This document shows, in pieces, positions 39,400 to 54,000 of a DNA stretch of 64,000 bases; position 1 is the stretch's first letter, and each line of letters starts with the position of its first letter. Made by a program: the position numbers and the translations under genes. The DNA lies in contig MQRK01238465.1 of assembly GCA_001938485.1 (NCBI GenBank), positions 1 through 64,000 on the forward strand, given 5' to 3'. Source of the DNA: Girardia tigrina (taxonomy: Eukaryota). The notes under the pieces are model-generated. The model saw nothing but the letters and a program-made list of their open reading frames with translations. It did not search any database and was not told the DNA's origin.

Positions 39400-42300
39400 T
39401 GACGTCTGATTTGAGTGTGAATTTATTGGGGTTGTTGATAATAATCATTGAATCTCGATTATGTCTCTCCTTGATGGAGAATGATTCGGGCATTGGTCTA
39501 AATGATTCGGTCTAATGATTCGAGTCTTGGTCTAAAAATCGCTTTCTCGCATTCATAATATCCCTGTCAAAAGGTGTTGGGTTGCAATCTGTGAGATCGG
39601 TTAAAAAACGTATTGACGTACCGTACAAAGCCTGTGTCGGTGACGTTTCGGTAGTCGTGTTTGGTGTGTTTCGGCAACCGAAAAGTACAAAAGGTATCGC
39701 TTCTACCCTATGGTTGTCTCTATCAGTTAAGATTTTGAGTGAAGTTTTGAACGTGCGGTGGAAACGTTCGATTGCTCCATTAGATTGTGGGTGATATGCG
39801 GAAGTATGAATACGAGTGGCTCCTATATTTTTGACCATTGTGTTGAAGAATTCGGTGTTTGGATGCTCCGAAACAGCAGATCCAAGTAGATAAAAAGGTT
39901 TTGTAAATTGTTTCGCAGTCTATGCTCTTCAAAGCGACTGCTTCCAGCCATCTTGATGCGCGATCTAAAATCGTTAAAATGTACTCAAAACCACGGTCGT
40001 TTCGTAGAGGTCCAACTAAATCTATGTGAACCGTCTCGAAACGAGAGGTCATTGGGAAAATGAAAAAAATGGCGGTGTGATCTTCCTTTACGGTTTTATA
40101 TTTTTGGCATTGCATATACTGAGCTACCCAACATTTGGTGTCGCGTCGCATGAAAGGTCAAATTACACGAGTGCGCACGAGTTTGTAGGTGTTAGTACTG
40201 CCAGGGTGATGTAGGTTGTGTATATGTTCGAATGCTTCTTTTCGCTAAATATTATCTAGTATTGACCGTAAGGTACCAGCTATACTGGTGTCACAAGGTA
40301 TTCCTTCGTTGTATACGATGTTTTTAAAGTGGGTGAGGTCTTCCGGTGATGAAGGGCAAGATAGAGGTATGGCCATTGTAAAAGCAGGTTAGAAGGTGAT
40401 GGTACATATGGAGCGAGACAAAAGTGTTTTATTCACCGGGTAAGTAAGTTATCGTTAAATTAAATTCCGATAGGAAAGATATTTGGCGATGTTGTCGGGG
40501 GAAGGATTTTTCATGGTCATTAGGAAAATCAGTGGTTTTTGATCGGTGTGGATGGTACAATTTCTCCCTTGCAAGAAATGTCTGAAATGTTTCACTGCTG
40601 ACACGATTGATAAAAGTTCCCGATCGAATGTCAAATAGCGTTGTTCGGCGGTGCTGAATTTAACTGAAAAGAATTCTAGTGGTTGGTGTGTACCATGAAT
40701 TTCTTGATGTAGAACGGCTCCTGTTGCCGTGGTAGAAGCATCTATCGTGAGGAATAGAACCGCGTTTTTCTTTGGATATGCGAGTATCCGAAGATTTTCT
40801 AGTTTCTTTTTGAGATTTTCGAAATCGAAGAGGAGTTGGTCGTTCCATTGCATCTTGGATCGTTTACGACCAACGCTGATAGCAGATAAGTTAGCGGTCA
40901 AACTAGAGCAGTGTGGTATATAGCGGTGACAAAAATTAACCGTCCCCAAGAAACTTCTTAATTCCGTCACGGTGGTTGGTTGTGTTATGTTTTTAATAGA
41001 TTGTAGACGTTCGGGCAGTGGAACGGGTCCGTTAGAAGATATCCGATGACCCAAAAACTTGACGGTGTCTGACAGAAAACAGCACTTGCCCCAATACACC
41101 TGTAAGTTATACTCGTGTAAGCAATGGAATAGAAGTTTTAAATGGTTCAAGTGTTCGCCTTTGTTTGGTGAGGCTATTCGGATATCATCTATATACGCCG
41201 TGGCGAAAGGGAAATCTGCAAGTATTGAGTCTATATGCCTCTGGAAAGTCTGGGCTGAATTTCTTAGGCCAAAAGGCATGAACATGTACTCGAAGAGGCC
41301 GAAAGGGGTGATTATCGCGGTCTTCTGAATATCGGTTGCAGAAACGGGTATTTGGTGGTACGCCTTGTGTAAATCTACGGTTTAAAAAAGGGTGGTTCAG
41401 TCTAAACGGTGCAGAACATTGGTTATGAGTGGGAGATGATAGCTGTTGAGTCTCGTTGTTTAATAACCGATAATCTCCGCAAAGGCGGATGGTTCCATCA
41501 TTTATTTGTACGATATGAAGCGATGATGTCCAAGGGGAATTGGATCTCCTGATTACTCCTCTTGGTTCGAGATCTAGGAACTCTTTTACTCCTTTACCAG
41601 GAGGTGCCGCGTTCCCTGGTAAGCTATTTAGTTTAAAGGCTTATGTTGGTCTTTGTTTTTCGTGCATTTTCGCGGAATCTGGCGTGATAGATGCATATGT
41701 TTGCCTTGAATTCAGGGTTATAAAATTTACATCCAAGGTGACAGTGTTTTGCTAGTTCAGCGAATTTCTTATGGCAATATCAGATGGGTGAGATGTTTGA
41801 GATTGAGCTGTCACGGAGTGGTAAAGGTGTTGAGATTCTGTAGGGTGAGAGCGAATTTCGTGTTGAAATTTGTCCGATTGTGCGTGTTAAAGATCCGATT
41901 GACTCTAGTAAGGTCTGAGTGGTTTCTTTGAGAGCTTGTAACTCTTACTGGACTGGGGTGATTGCTGCGGTGACGATTAGTGGAACCTGATTTTGTCGGA
42001 TGATATCAATGGATTTATCCGCGATGGGGACTGATGTGGAGACTACTGAAAGAACGAGTTTTGGATTGGACGGCAGGCTCTGGATGAAAAGCTGTCTCAA
42101 TAGATCGTCGTTAGTCGCGAAAGCAGTATTTAAAGATGTTAGCTCTAGTTTTGCTTTCTGTAGGTATTCCAAGAGTAGTGTGTTCCCTAGAGTGGTGGCT
42201 TTGAAATGTCTTGCGACCAAGTCTTGTTGATTTGGGTTGGTAAGGTGAAGGATGACTTTTGACAGTTCCTCGTAGGCAGTAGTTTGGGTTAGAATTTGGG

Positions 42301-42832
42301 AGATGTTAAGTATTCGCAAACAGTAATTAGTTGGCAAAAGTGATAGTAAATAGTAGGGCAGATGAGATTGTGACGTTCTATCAGCTTCATTTGACCAGTA
42401 TTTGTGGATGTTGAGCCACGTTGTTGCGGAATTGTTCGAATCAAAAAAGAATTTAACACATGGTGTTATGTTGGGTTTGTGCCCTGTTTTGGTGTCTAGT
42501 TGTTCGGTTGGTGGAGTGTTTCAAATTTCAAATTAAATCGATGAAATTAATTGCGCGCCTAAAAAATTCGGTTATTGCTGCATTACAGGAAGGTATGGCT
42601 CGGCCCTCGAAATATATTAGGGGAGTTTCGATGTTTACTCGGTCAAGTCTGTTTATAATGTCACTGTTTTGGTCGAAGATGTACTGGTTAGGGTGATGTG
42701 CTGTGAGTTGTAAGTACTTTTGTAGAAAAAGGTGAAAGTGGAACTTAGTGTTGGTGTCACGCTGTGGTATCATGGTACTTGTATCCATGTATGTACATAA
42801 AACGGCGGCGCCAGGTTGCGTATCCCATTACA
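39400..42832 (-). mobile_element. Decayed Ty3/gypsy element 2 (CsRn1-like), protease apparently deleted
   Basis: gag with CHKKF..AKHCHLGC; RT motifs MPFGLRNSAQTFQR and YIDD; RNase H IDAS and TFDRELL; integrase HIDLVGP and TSAYHPQSNGAIERFHRT. Confidence 0.92.
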
Positions 42833-42954
42833 ATAAAATAAATCGATATGGAGGTAAAAAACGAAAATAAAAAAGCATATATAACATAATTAAACGAAAT
42901 AATATCAATGACACCGAGAACTGATTCGATCGCCAAAATGTAATTAAAAAATAT

Positions 42955-42972
42955 GTCCTACTTCTGACACCA
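42955..42972 (-). promoter_or_regulatory. Primer-binding site (tRNA-Leu) just downstream of an LTR-like segment (~42976-43300)
   Basis: TGGTGTCAGAAGTAGGAC, 16/18 match to TGGTGTCAGAAGTGGGAT, preceded by ...ATCACA-AAA. Confidence 0.7.
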
Positions 42973-45900
42973 TTTTGTGATAATTCGGTACTCGACTGAG
43001 GCACCGCATTCGAGTCAACGAACCGCTTATTCACACAATAATAACTGTCCCTATAACCACCGTTTGACGCCAAACCATCTCGTTCGGAATTCTGGACAAA
43101 AACACATTCCGGTGGAGAAATCCCATCAGAAAACGAACGACGGCTTCCACGCATTTCGCCCCGAACTCCTGGACAGCTCGGTGTCAAGTGCTCGCAAACG
43201 AGTTGCTCTCGGTAAATTCGATGTTGCGGCAATTACCAATTTATCAATACTGAAGTTGGACTGACATCGACACGATATCAAAAATGAGTCCAAAATTGTC
43301 GCGAATATCATGGTTGAGCAAATGGTTGTAAAAGTAGCAAAAAAACACATTCATTCGATCATTCAAATCAATCATGGCTGGAGAAAATAGAAATTGAATT
43401 TTCGCAAAATAATTTATTTTTGTATTTGTACAATTTATTAAAACAAAATTTTCACAAATCTTTTTTAATAACTTTTTCATCAAAAAAGTGTTTTTTACAA
43501 TTAAATAGCTTATTAAATTTTTTTTATGTTAAACATAATTGTTGTGGTACACAACACCACGCATCGATACAATGAGCTGAACTGATCAGCGGATCCGAAG
43601 GATTGATTTGAGGGCGATAGTAACGAAACAGTAGAGCCCGGTCGAGCCTAGTGATTGATGAGGGCCATCGCATGATAAACCCGACACATTCGAGTGATGC
43701 ATGGAGTCCCTCTATTATAAACAGTAGAGCGGTATTGCTCACACTTACTTTTAATACGAAGTTTTACAAACATTTTTTCAAGCAATCTTTCTAACGTACA
43801 TTTTCATACGCCAGTTTACTAAAGTTTTTAACCCACACAACTTTTATGCAACTCTTATTGGCACACCCTCTAGACTAAATACAATTATACACGACACAGC
43901 TTTCAATTAAGGTATAGATTAATACATGTTCATGTAAATTAATATTTAATTGTTAATATTTATTTATTATCTTTTATTTATTTAGGAGTCTCGAGTTGAG
44001 AGTAGTGAGGATGGCGATGTTGGGTCGCGTTGTGAGGTTGGTAAGCAAGTCGCTTGAAGTAGTGTATATAAAGTACGCGGTTGTAAATAAGAGATGAAAG
44101 TAGTAGGAATATCGATTAATATTTTTAATTAGATTTAAACCTTAGTGTAGTTCTATTTCATAAAATTATGTGTATTCCCCAGCCTTTTAACAACGGTTGA
44201 TTAGGACCTATCGTATTAGTGATATAATAGTCAAGACTTTTTAATTTTATAAATATAGATATGAATTCCCTGTAAAGAGCGATTGATCTACCATCAACAA
44301 TGATGTGCATTAGATGTTATTAGGATAGGTTACTATTATTTCAGGATATTATTCCAACGTAAACTTTCCGTTAAACTCTTAATTCATGATTTAATTTAAT
44401 TAACGATTAATTTATAATGTAATGATAGGTGATCTGGCAATTGAACACTAAGATTTATTTTAATAATTGAAATATTTAGTAATTTGTGCATAATTCTGAT
44501 TCTATTGTGTTATTAATTTTTTTATTTATTTTTATTTATTTATTTTTTGTTTCCTTTAAATAAGAATTTGGCACTTTACAATTTATGATTGAATGAATTA
44601 GTAACTTTTAATTTTGTATTTTAACAGTTTACCATTAGTTTATGTTTTGATGACTTATAATCTCGTCAATTATTAAACTTGAGATGAAATTAATTTAACG
44701 AGAAACGACGAAACAATTTACGTAACTATACCGTGATTGTACTTGTAAATAATAATAAAATTCCGAACGATACAAATGAATTGAAGAACTTCTTAGAGAC
44801 GACGTGGGTCGTTCTTGGCTGCAGTTTCTCTGGAGAGCCGTCGTCTGTTTCTTTGAGCTCTCTTCACTCAAGACAATGTAAATAAGATGCAGAAATCCCT
44901 CGTAAATATGATGTAAACTTGGTAATATGCTCATACCCCTTAGATACTGCAGCTACCAGCCGGGTCATCCTCAATGCTGGTCAGGAACCAGTAGGCGCTC
45001 CTAAATGTTTACAGCTTTCTGATATACATGGAGGAGACGCGTCCGTTCACCCTATAAATTGGCAGTGTGATAGTGAATCGAAATAATAGTACGAGTTGTC
45101 GTTCATCTCAGAAAGTGACTNNNNNNNGGTAGAGCTCACAAAAATGTTGTACAGTGAGGAGAACGCGACATATATATCTGTTGAGGATTTCTGGTATTTA
45201 TATATTCTTATAATAAAAAAACAAATAATATAAAATCTTTATTTATATTTATATAAATTTACAAAATAAATAATAGAAAAAGTTTTATTACAATGTTGAG
45301 GCTCCTGGCCTATTTTATTGTTGCTGAGAACCTTTTCCGGTTACTCAGTATTAACAGAGAATTTACATATATATATTTTTTTGATTATTCTATATCTTTC
45401 AAATATAGTTTTTTTTATTTTTTAGCGCCATATATTTTCAATATAGCAGTTTGTTCTGTCATATATGATTTTTGTAATCCTTTTTATTGTAAATTAAATT
45501 TAAATTTCTCCTTGGGCAGTTATCGGTAGCCATTTGACAGTTAACAACGAAAAAAATTTTCTCCGAATTCCAATTAAAAAATTTTTTATACAATAAAATT
45601 TTTCTTTAATTAATTTTCTTAAATTTTGTTTTAATATCATAAATATTTTCAGTTTATGATAAAATGGTTTATTAATAATTTTTTTAATTAAATTTAAACA
45701 TACTATCAACATCTCTATATATTTTTAAAATCATTTTGAGGCACGTGAATTTCACTTCTCCATCGACTCAAAATCTAAATTCAAACAAATAAGGTTAAGT
45801 TCTTTTTAATCAGTTTGTAAATATTGTCATTCTTCAATAAATATTTTTATAAAAATTCTAAATCTTTTTATTTTCTCTTTTATATTTAATAGATCACCCA

Positions 45901-46650
45901 AATACGCCAACAAAGAAACGAAATACAACAGTAAGCTCTGAATGTTAAAAAATCCCGAAGATTATAGAAGGGTAACCACATAGACGATACGACTTTTAAT
46001 AATTTTTTCCACGCTTTAAAGCGTGTACTTGACTTCGCAGCCTTAGTTATTTACCTAAAGTTAGTTACCTAAAATAAGTAAAAAAATATTAAGTGTCGTA
46101 TCTAATTTTAGAGTAAACTTCACATGATTTACACTTAATTTTAAACTGTTGTGGTAACAAACATCATCCTTCTTCGTAATAAGAAAAATCTGTAGAAACA
46201 AAGTTTACTAAATTTTAAATTGAATATAATTTTCAATTTCTTAATAAATTATTTTTTTCTTACATCATTTTTTTAGCATTTTATCCGTATGGAATAAACA
46301 AAGAATTAACTTGATTTTTTATTTTTTAAATTAAATTTGTTTAGTAAATAAATATTTTTCTTTCATAAAATAATTGGCGAAAAATTTAAATATGTCATTC
46401 CGGGACATCGTTAAAAAGTTAAAAAAACGCTGATCAATCATAGTTCTTATTATTAAACTTTTTTATCACTTATTCTTTTGCAAATTTGAATTATACAAAA
46501 AGAAAAAAAATCTAAATTTGGAAATTAATTAATGGCATTGTTTAAATATTCATTAAGTAAATCGAATAAACTCAAATATCAATTTCGTATAATTAATTGA
46601 AGTTATTTTAGTTTTTCAATTCATCCACACAGAAAACAGATCTCAGACGA

Positions 46651-49600
46651 ATGAATAAATTATTTTCTAAATTACAAATTCTTTGTTATGATCATTTTTT
46701 AAAGTTTTTTTTAATGATTGCTTTATTAATTCTTGAGACCGGTTTGTCGTGTTTTGTCATCTATAAAATTAAATGTGAGATTGAGACCAATTATTGTGCC
46801 TTTTTAACTGTTTTTAAAGATACTGAAATTGATTGGATCGCTTATATGCAAGAGGTTGAGGGATTTCTAAACGGTACACTTGATTATGAGAGATTGAGCG
46901 GTCAAACGGGACCTTTAGTGTAATATTGATTGAGATAAAGATGCTACTTTAGTGGGCGATCTGGGCAGGGTTTTACTTCTCGAGGAACGAGTTCAATATT
47001 CCACTTAGTCAATTAAATTTAATATTATAACCGCGTAAATTAATTAAAGGGGTTTTTATTTTAACACGTGTCGTATTTTCATTAGTTCCTCTGAAAAAAT
47101 AACGAGAAGAATGATAAAAAATTCAAATTATATTAAAATTAATAAATATTTCTTACAAAAATCTTATTAAAAATTGTCTTATAGAAGTATTAACATGTTT
47201 ATTAGATTAAAGTTTTCGCAAATTTTTAGGAAACATAAACATTTGCAATACGCTTACCCTAAGATTTACGTTATCCTAAGATTTAAAGGTGATAAAATTT
47301 AAAGCAAATGATTATAATAGATTTAATATAGCGCTTTCTGTATACGATATTTAATTCGTATTATTTAGTCAATCTTGTAGTTCATTTTTTAGGAGCCAAT
47401 AAAAATACATATATGGTCATTAATGCTTAGATTTAAGTAAGCTTTTATACCATTAGATTTTTTAACTGAAGGGAATGTGGTAGTCACTTAAATTTTTCTT
47501 TGTAATATGGATTAATGAATTAATTAAATTACAAGTTAATAAATTATTATTAATAATAAATTGGATTTTTTTGGAAAATCATCAAATTTATTATTAAAAC
47601 TAATTAATTAACATGTTAAAAATAACTTCAATAGTTACAACATTATACAAAATAAATATGACTATTTTCTTTACTAAATATTTTGAACACCAGGCATGAA
47701 TTGATAAAACAATTGTATATTACTTGTTGTCTTCCATTCAAAATTTCTGTAAATCTAATCTACGTTTTATTGAAACAGTTTATTGAGTGTTTTTCCTCAA
47801 GTTTTTTTTGCATCTTAATCAGAATTGTCGTAAAATTGGGCTGTAATCGATGCTATTTATATTTCCATATGTAGATCAGATGTCAGAATAAACTACATAA
47901 TTTACATATTTCCATTGAATGGCGGATAAAATAATATTTCTGTCATCTCATTAGCACAAGTATCAATAATAAATTTTAGACGTCCGACTAAAGTAGCACT
48001 GAGAGAAAATCTTTTTTTATGTTCAAATATTATTTTATATGTTAATTTTCAGTTATCCAGCGGGTTTTGTTTACATCTACAGTATATTATATTGGGTCAC
48101 ATCGCGTGGCGCGAATATTCTCTTAGCTCAATTTATATTTATGGGGTTCTATATAATTACATTGGCTTTGGTTTTTCGAATATATTATCGAATTTCACAC
48201 GTAATTATTGATTTAATTTTCGGTTTAAGTTTCGCATTGTTCAATATTTCAAATTTTCTTTATTTCTCTTTTATATTTTCAATAACTTTCTATTTTTTCG
48301 TGAACGAGTGTATTTTAATTATGCATTTTAATTTCAGCTTTATTATCTATTGGATTTTTGATCAATATTATAATTCATTAACACAAAACTTTATTTTTTA
48401 TCACAAATAACAATTATTTAAAAAATTTTGTTGAGGAATTGTTTTTGTTTTCTTTTCGACCAGATTAATTATACATAAAATATTGGATTATAAGTGCTGA
48501 AAAGTTATTTATTAAAAGTGTTATTTTAGAAATTGAATTTATTATTTTTTGATTACATTATTTACATTATAATATCTTATAAAATTTATTTCAAAATAAC
48601 TTTTTAAATCGATATAATAAATTCACAAATATTTATTTTACAATGTTTTATCTAAAATTATTTAACGTTATCTATTTTATTCCACTGGAAAAACATATTT
48701 TAACTAAATTAACAAAAGATTTAAATTACTATAAAATTATTTAAACGTTTTATTTTATTTCAATATTTAATTTAAAAATCTTTTTTAACATCTAAATAAT
48801 TTAAATACAAAAAAATTAATTTATAATATTTAAATTTATTATTATACTACTAAAATTTATATTAATTATAAAATTTTTAATGGCAGTTTTATTTTTTTTA
48901 AAAATCGATTGTTTTAAAATTAATTATTTGTCAATTTTTTAAAGTTACAGAATTCCAAATAACTTTAATGTTTAAAAAATTATCTGTTTTAAAAATTACA
49001 TTTCTAGCAATCAAAATTTCATTAATTTAATTTTGAGAATTATTTTTTAAAAATAATTAGAAATATTTTTAATGATAATTCATTTTTTTTGATTTTGAAT
49101 TTAGATATTTGCTTATTTTAAAAATTCAAAAATTTTAAGAGTTCGCCAGATCCTAACTTTATATATATATATATATATATAAATATATAAATTCAACAAT
49201 TTTCTTCTAATATTTTAAAATATTTTTGTCTACCAAGAGTTGATATTTTTGGAAATGATTTTTACATTTTTGAATCTTATTATTAAACTCTTAATTAAAG
49301 AGTTAATTATTTAAGACTCATTTTTTATTCTCTTCTTTACGAACTGATAATTAATATATTTTTCTCTAGACAGATAAAACAAGAAAATTAAGTATTTTTC
49401 AACATTCTCTTTTATATCTTGTTGTAGATAAAGGCCGTCAAACTTTTCTTTGTTCTTTAACCTCCCATCTTCCTCATCACGCCTCCTCACGTTTTTTAAG
49501 TCACCCATATTTATTATATCGCAGATTAATCTTACTATATTTCCTATTAAAAATACAGATACATCTATAGAAATTCAATATAATTTAAGAAATTTAATTT

Positions 49601-51022
49601 TATAAATCAGTGTTCTGAGAAGTTTTGTTACATCAAAGACCATTTTATAAACAATAACCAATTAAAATTATAATTAAAAAAGTAAAAATAACTTAGATAA
49701 TGTTTTCTGATTAAATTAATTAAATAAGCAACAATTTTTGATTTGGACAATTCGAAACTGGGTCTTTTTGTCTCCAATTTTCAAATTTATTCCAAACGAT
49801 ACTTACAGGTGCCGAATTACGTGTTTGTGTTCATGTGCTGCGCTTCTTATCGCATCCATTCGATTTATATTTTGCGATTATTCAACGATCCAATCGCAAT
49901 GATGTTTCTCTACGCATCAATTAACTGTTTCATCGATAACAGATATAGCTTTGGTTCTATCTTATTCAGGTTCCGTTGCAATGATTACTGATCAATGTTT
50001 AATGTGATTTCTTTTGATATAGTTTTGCCGTTTCCATTAAAATGAACGTGTTGTTATTTGCTCCAGGACTGTTGTTCGTATTCTTGTTCGAGCGGGGCGT
50101 CATGGAAACGGTTGGACATTTGTCCGAATGTGCTCTTGTGCAAGTATTGAACCTCTCTTAAACTTCTTCATTCATTTAATGTCGAACAGTTAGTGGTTGG
50201 AATGCCGTTTCTCATTCACAATGCGCCTCAATATCTCGAAAGAGCCTTTGAATTCCGCCGACAATTTCTGTATAAATGGACTGTCAATTGGCGATTATTA
50301 CCAGAATCTTTGTTTGTTGACCGCCGTTTTCATTTTATTTTGCTGGCGATTCAACTGTTACTACTGGCGATCGTAATTGGTAAATTTGTCAGGTTTGTCT
50401 TTCCTTACTATTACTATTATTTATTAATATTATTTTAATTATTACGATTACTAGGAAGATTATCATTGATTTTTGTTCTAAACCCGTTGCAGTTTTCCTA
50501 ATATTTGTTTTTTTTTCATAATTTTTTCCTATTCAGAAGTTCATATTTTGAAAATTAATGATTATTTTTCAAATATTTAAAAAATGCAAGAGATTGACTT
50601 CATAAATCATAGTACTTCTATCACTTGTTATTAAAACCTTTTTATGTCCATTATCATGTTCACACTTTCGAAACAAGACATTATCAATAACTAGTAAATA
50701 AACAAATTAAATTTTTTATATCCATTCTTCATGCAGATAGAACTCTACTTTGCCAACAAAGATTTTAAAATTTAAAAAAATTTAATGAAAAAACACATTA
50801 AAAATCAATATAAACTAATATAATTTATAAATAGATATCTTGCAATTAATATTGTTCGGGAACTTCGAATTTTCCGTTTTTTTCCATTTTGGCCTCGTAA
50901 AAAGTTTTTTTCGATCAAATGTTCACATAATCATTTATTGTCATCGAGAATGAGCAAGTGCAAAGTTTGAAGAAAATTGATTGAGTAAAAAGCCTTCAAA
51001 AACAGGTTTCTAAATTCCATGG

Positions 51023-51077
<55 letters not shown>

Positions 51078-54000
51078 GTTGGGGAAAAAGTAATCCATCA
51101 TTTTAATTCATTATTTATTGATCAAACAATTTCAAATTTATGCTCTTTGTCAAGGTAACATTTCACAATAATTTCACAAAAAATTTTTTGCTTTTTTTAT
51201 TCAGTTCTAAGTTCCAGGGTGTTAAAAATGGAAGTCAACAAAGAAAAAATTCGGTACATTTTACAGTTTTTATTCGATAAAGGCAAAAATGCATGTCAGG
51301 TGGCTGTTATTGTGAATGGTGTTTATGGTGCCAATACTGTAACAGCTAATTACACGCAATTTTGGTTTCGTCTGTTCCGTGGAGGCATTTTTGATGTTAA
51401 AGATGCACCTCGCACAGGCAGGTCTATCGTTGAAAATGTCGATAAAATCTTGGCAATGATCGAAGTTGACCGGCATGTCAGTAGTCGTAGCATCGCACAT
51501 GAGCTGAAGATCCTCCACAAAACGGTTTTAAACCACTTGAGCAAAGTAGGATTCATAAAGAAAATTGATGTTTAGGTTCCACACCAATGAACACCAAAAA
51601 ACATGATGGATCGGATTTCCATCTGCGAAGTCTTGGCCAAACGAAATGAAATCGACCCATTTCTTGAATGGATGGTTACTGGGGATGAGAAATGGGTCAC
51701 ATACGACAATATTGTACGAAAACGATAGTGGTCAAAGCACGGTGAAGCACCTCAAACAGTCGCCAAACCAGGACTAACGACGAGGAAGGTTCTACTGTGT
51801 CTTTGGTGGGACTGGAAAGGAATCATTTATTATGAGTTGCTTCCGTATGGCCAAACATTAAATTCAGATCAGTACTGTCAACAACTGGACCGTTTGAAGA
51901 TAGCAATTGATGAGAAACGACCAGAATTGGCCAACAGAAGAGGTGTTGTCTTCCATCACGACAACGCCAGACCACATACGTCTGTAGTGACTCGCCAGAA
52001 ACTCAGGGAGCTTGGTTGGGAAGTTTTAATGCATCCACCATATAGTCCGGACCTGGCACCAAGCGATTACCATCTTTTTCTCGCATTGAAAAATTTCCTG
52101 AGTGATAAGAAATTGGGATCAATAGAAGATTGTGAAAATCGATTACTACAGTTTTTCGCAAATAAGGACAAAGACTTCTACGAGAGAGGCATTATGAAGC
52201 TACCTTCAAAATGGTAACTAAATATACAACAAAATGGTGCATATTTGACTCCAAGAGGACAATCCGAAACATGTTAAATAAAGTTTTGAATTTCACACCA
52301 AAATAATTGATTTTTTTCCCCAACCTAATAAATACCTATATAGAAAGTAAGCTAATAAAAATAATGGAAAAATAAAAATAACACCTTTGTGCACTTATAC
52401 TTTTGTGAGTCTGGGTGTGTGTGAAATTGTCAATTCATCAATCGGATAAGAACAAGATGATGATAAATTATCAACTTTAGCTTAGTATCAATAATGAAAT
52501 TGTACAAGATAATTTCTTTGTCGTTATATTAAGAAAAATCGAATTGTAACAGAACAAAACTTTAATATGACTGTACAATCACTATAACCAAAAATTAATA
52601 TTCCTTAGATAAGTTCACGAATACAAATACGGTGTGACTTGTGGGACGAGTCCAGGTATTAATTACTAGAGTAGGACAACTCTTAGTTGCCAATTTAACG
52701 AATGAGAGGATTTTGATAGATGATTGATTTTTGATTTTCTTTTTTTTAGTAAATCCAACTCTTCTGTCTTTATAGGGATTAGTCATGTAAAATATGACAT
52801 TTAATCTATTATATAACTATAAAGATTAATATGAGTCATAAAAAGATTAAGGAAAATAATTTTTAAATAAAGTTATAGGTAAAATCGTATGTTACAATTA
52901 TAGAATGACACCAAAATTTTCAAACTTAATATTGAAGAAATAATCCGATTTACAGTAAATAGAATAATTATAATATTATTTTTATTCCCTGAGATTTACC
53001 ATTTTTATTTTTAATCGAATTCATTCTCTAATGATTTTTGAATTGTAGAGACAATATGATGTTTGTTGATAATGGAAAATAGTTTTTGTTAAATGATAGA
53101 ATTATTAGTCTTAGTTGTATGTACGAAGGTAGTCGAACAATTTATATTCTTTCCATAATATTTTACGTCTTCGTTTTTTCATGGTAATTATTATAATTTT
53201 AGTTTTAAATTCATTTTTTGTGATCAACCGATTTTAATTTTTTTATTTATAATTTTAAATTACACATTTTAATTTTAAATAATTATTTTATTTTTTTCTT
53301 TTGTCTTCATTTTATTTTTGACTGATAATAAAATGATACAGATAATTTGAGAAACTCAGATGTCAGTTCTGACCTATTTACTATTTTATTGACGTTGATT
53401 ACTTCTTCTGCTTGATGAAATTATAAAGTTTTATGATATTTATTACTTTCAGAAACAGACTCGGGCAAAATCAGATTGGCTTGGATCATAAAACAAGTTT
53501 GTTCTAATTTCATTTCATTTAAAAATAATTTTTAAAAATTCAAAAGTTGTTGGTCTTCTTGATCGATACGAGCCGGAAAGATCAAAATTACCGGATCTAA
53601 ACTTACGAATTTATCATTTTACGAACATCTAATGTACTTGGGTAAACATCGCAAATGTTTTTGGTAGCGACTGTTGAGTTACTACCCTTGTGAAACTTCA
53701 AAAAGCATACAAAACCGGATATGTATCTCTTCTGTTATTTTACTGCCCATTTCACTTAAAATAGCAAAAAAAATCAGATTTAATTATTCAGTAAATACTT
53801 ACATGCATACAAGTCACTTCAACTTTTAAATGTCATTGGAACGGCTTTGAAGTACACAATGAGCTGATAAATTATAAATAAATATCGAGATGCGAAAAAA
53901 CGACATTACTTTCCCGTTCACCTAATACATAAGTTCAGATTTCCAAAATACATTGTCTAATTTAACAGAACCATATTTAACAATTTTGAATCGAAGAAAT

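Noticed and set aside
43575-43700. Hammerhead-like words (CTGATCAG..CGAAAC; TTGATGAG..CGACAC) in an LTR-like segment
   Set aside because: The core is mutated and no consistent stems I-III form.
52249-52276. GGACAATCC-GAAACATGTT resembling a hammerhead 3' half
   Set aside because: No CUGANGA; it is ordinary mariner 3' sequence.
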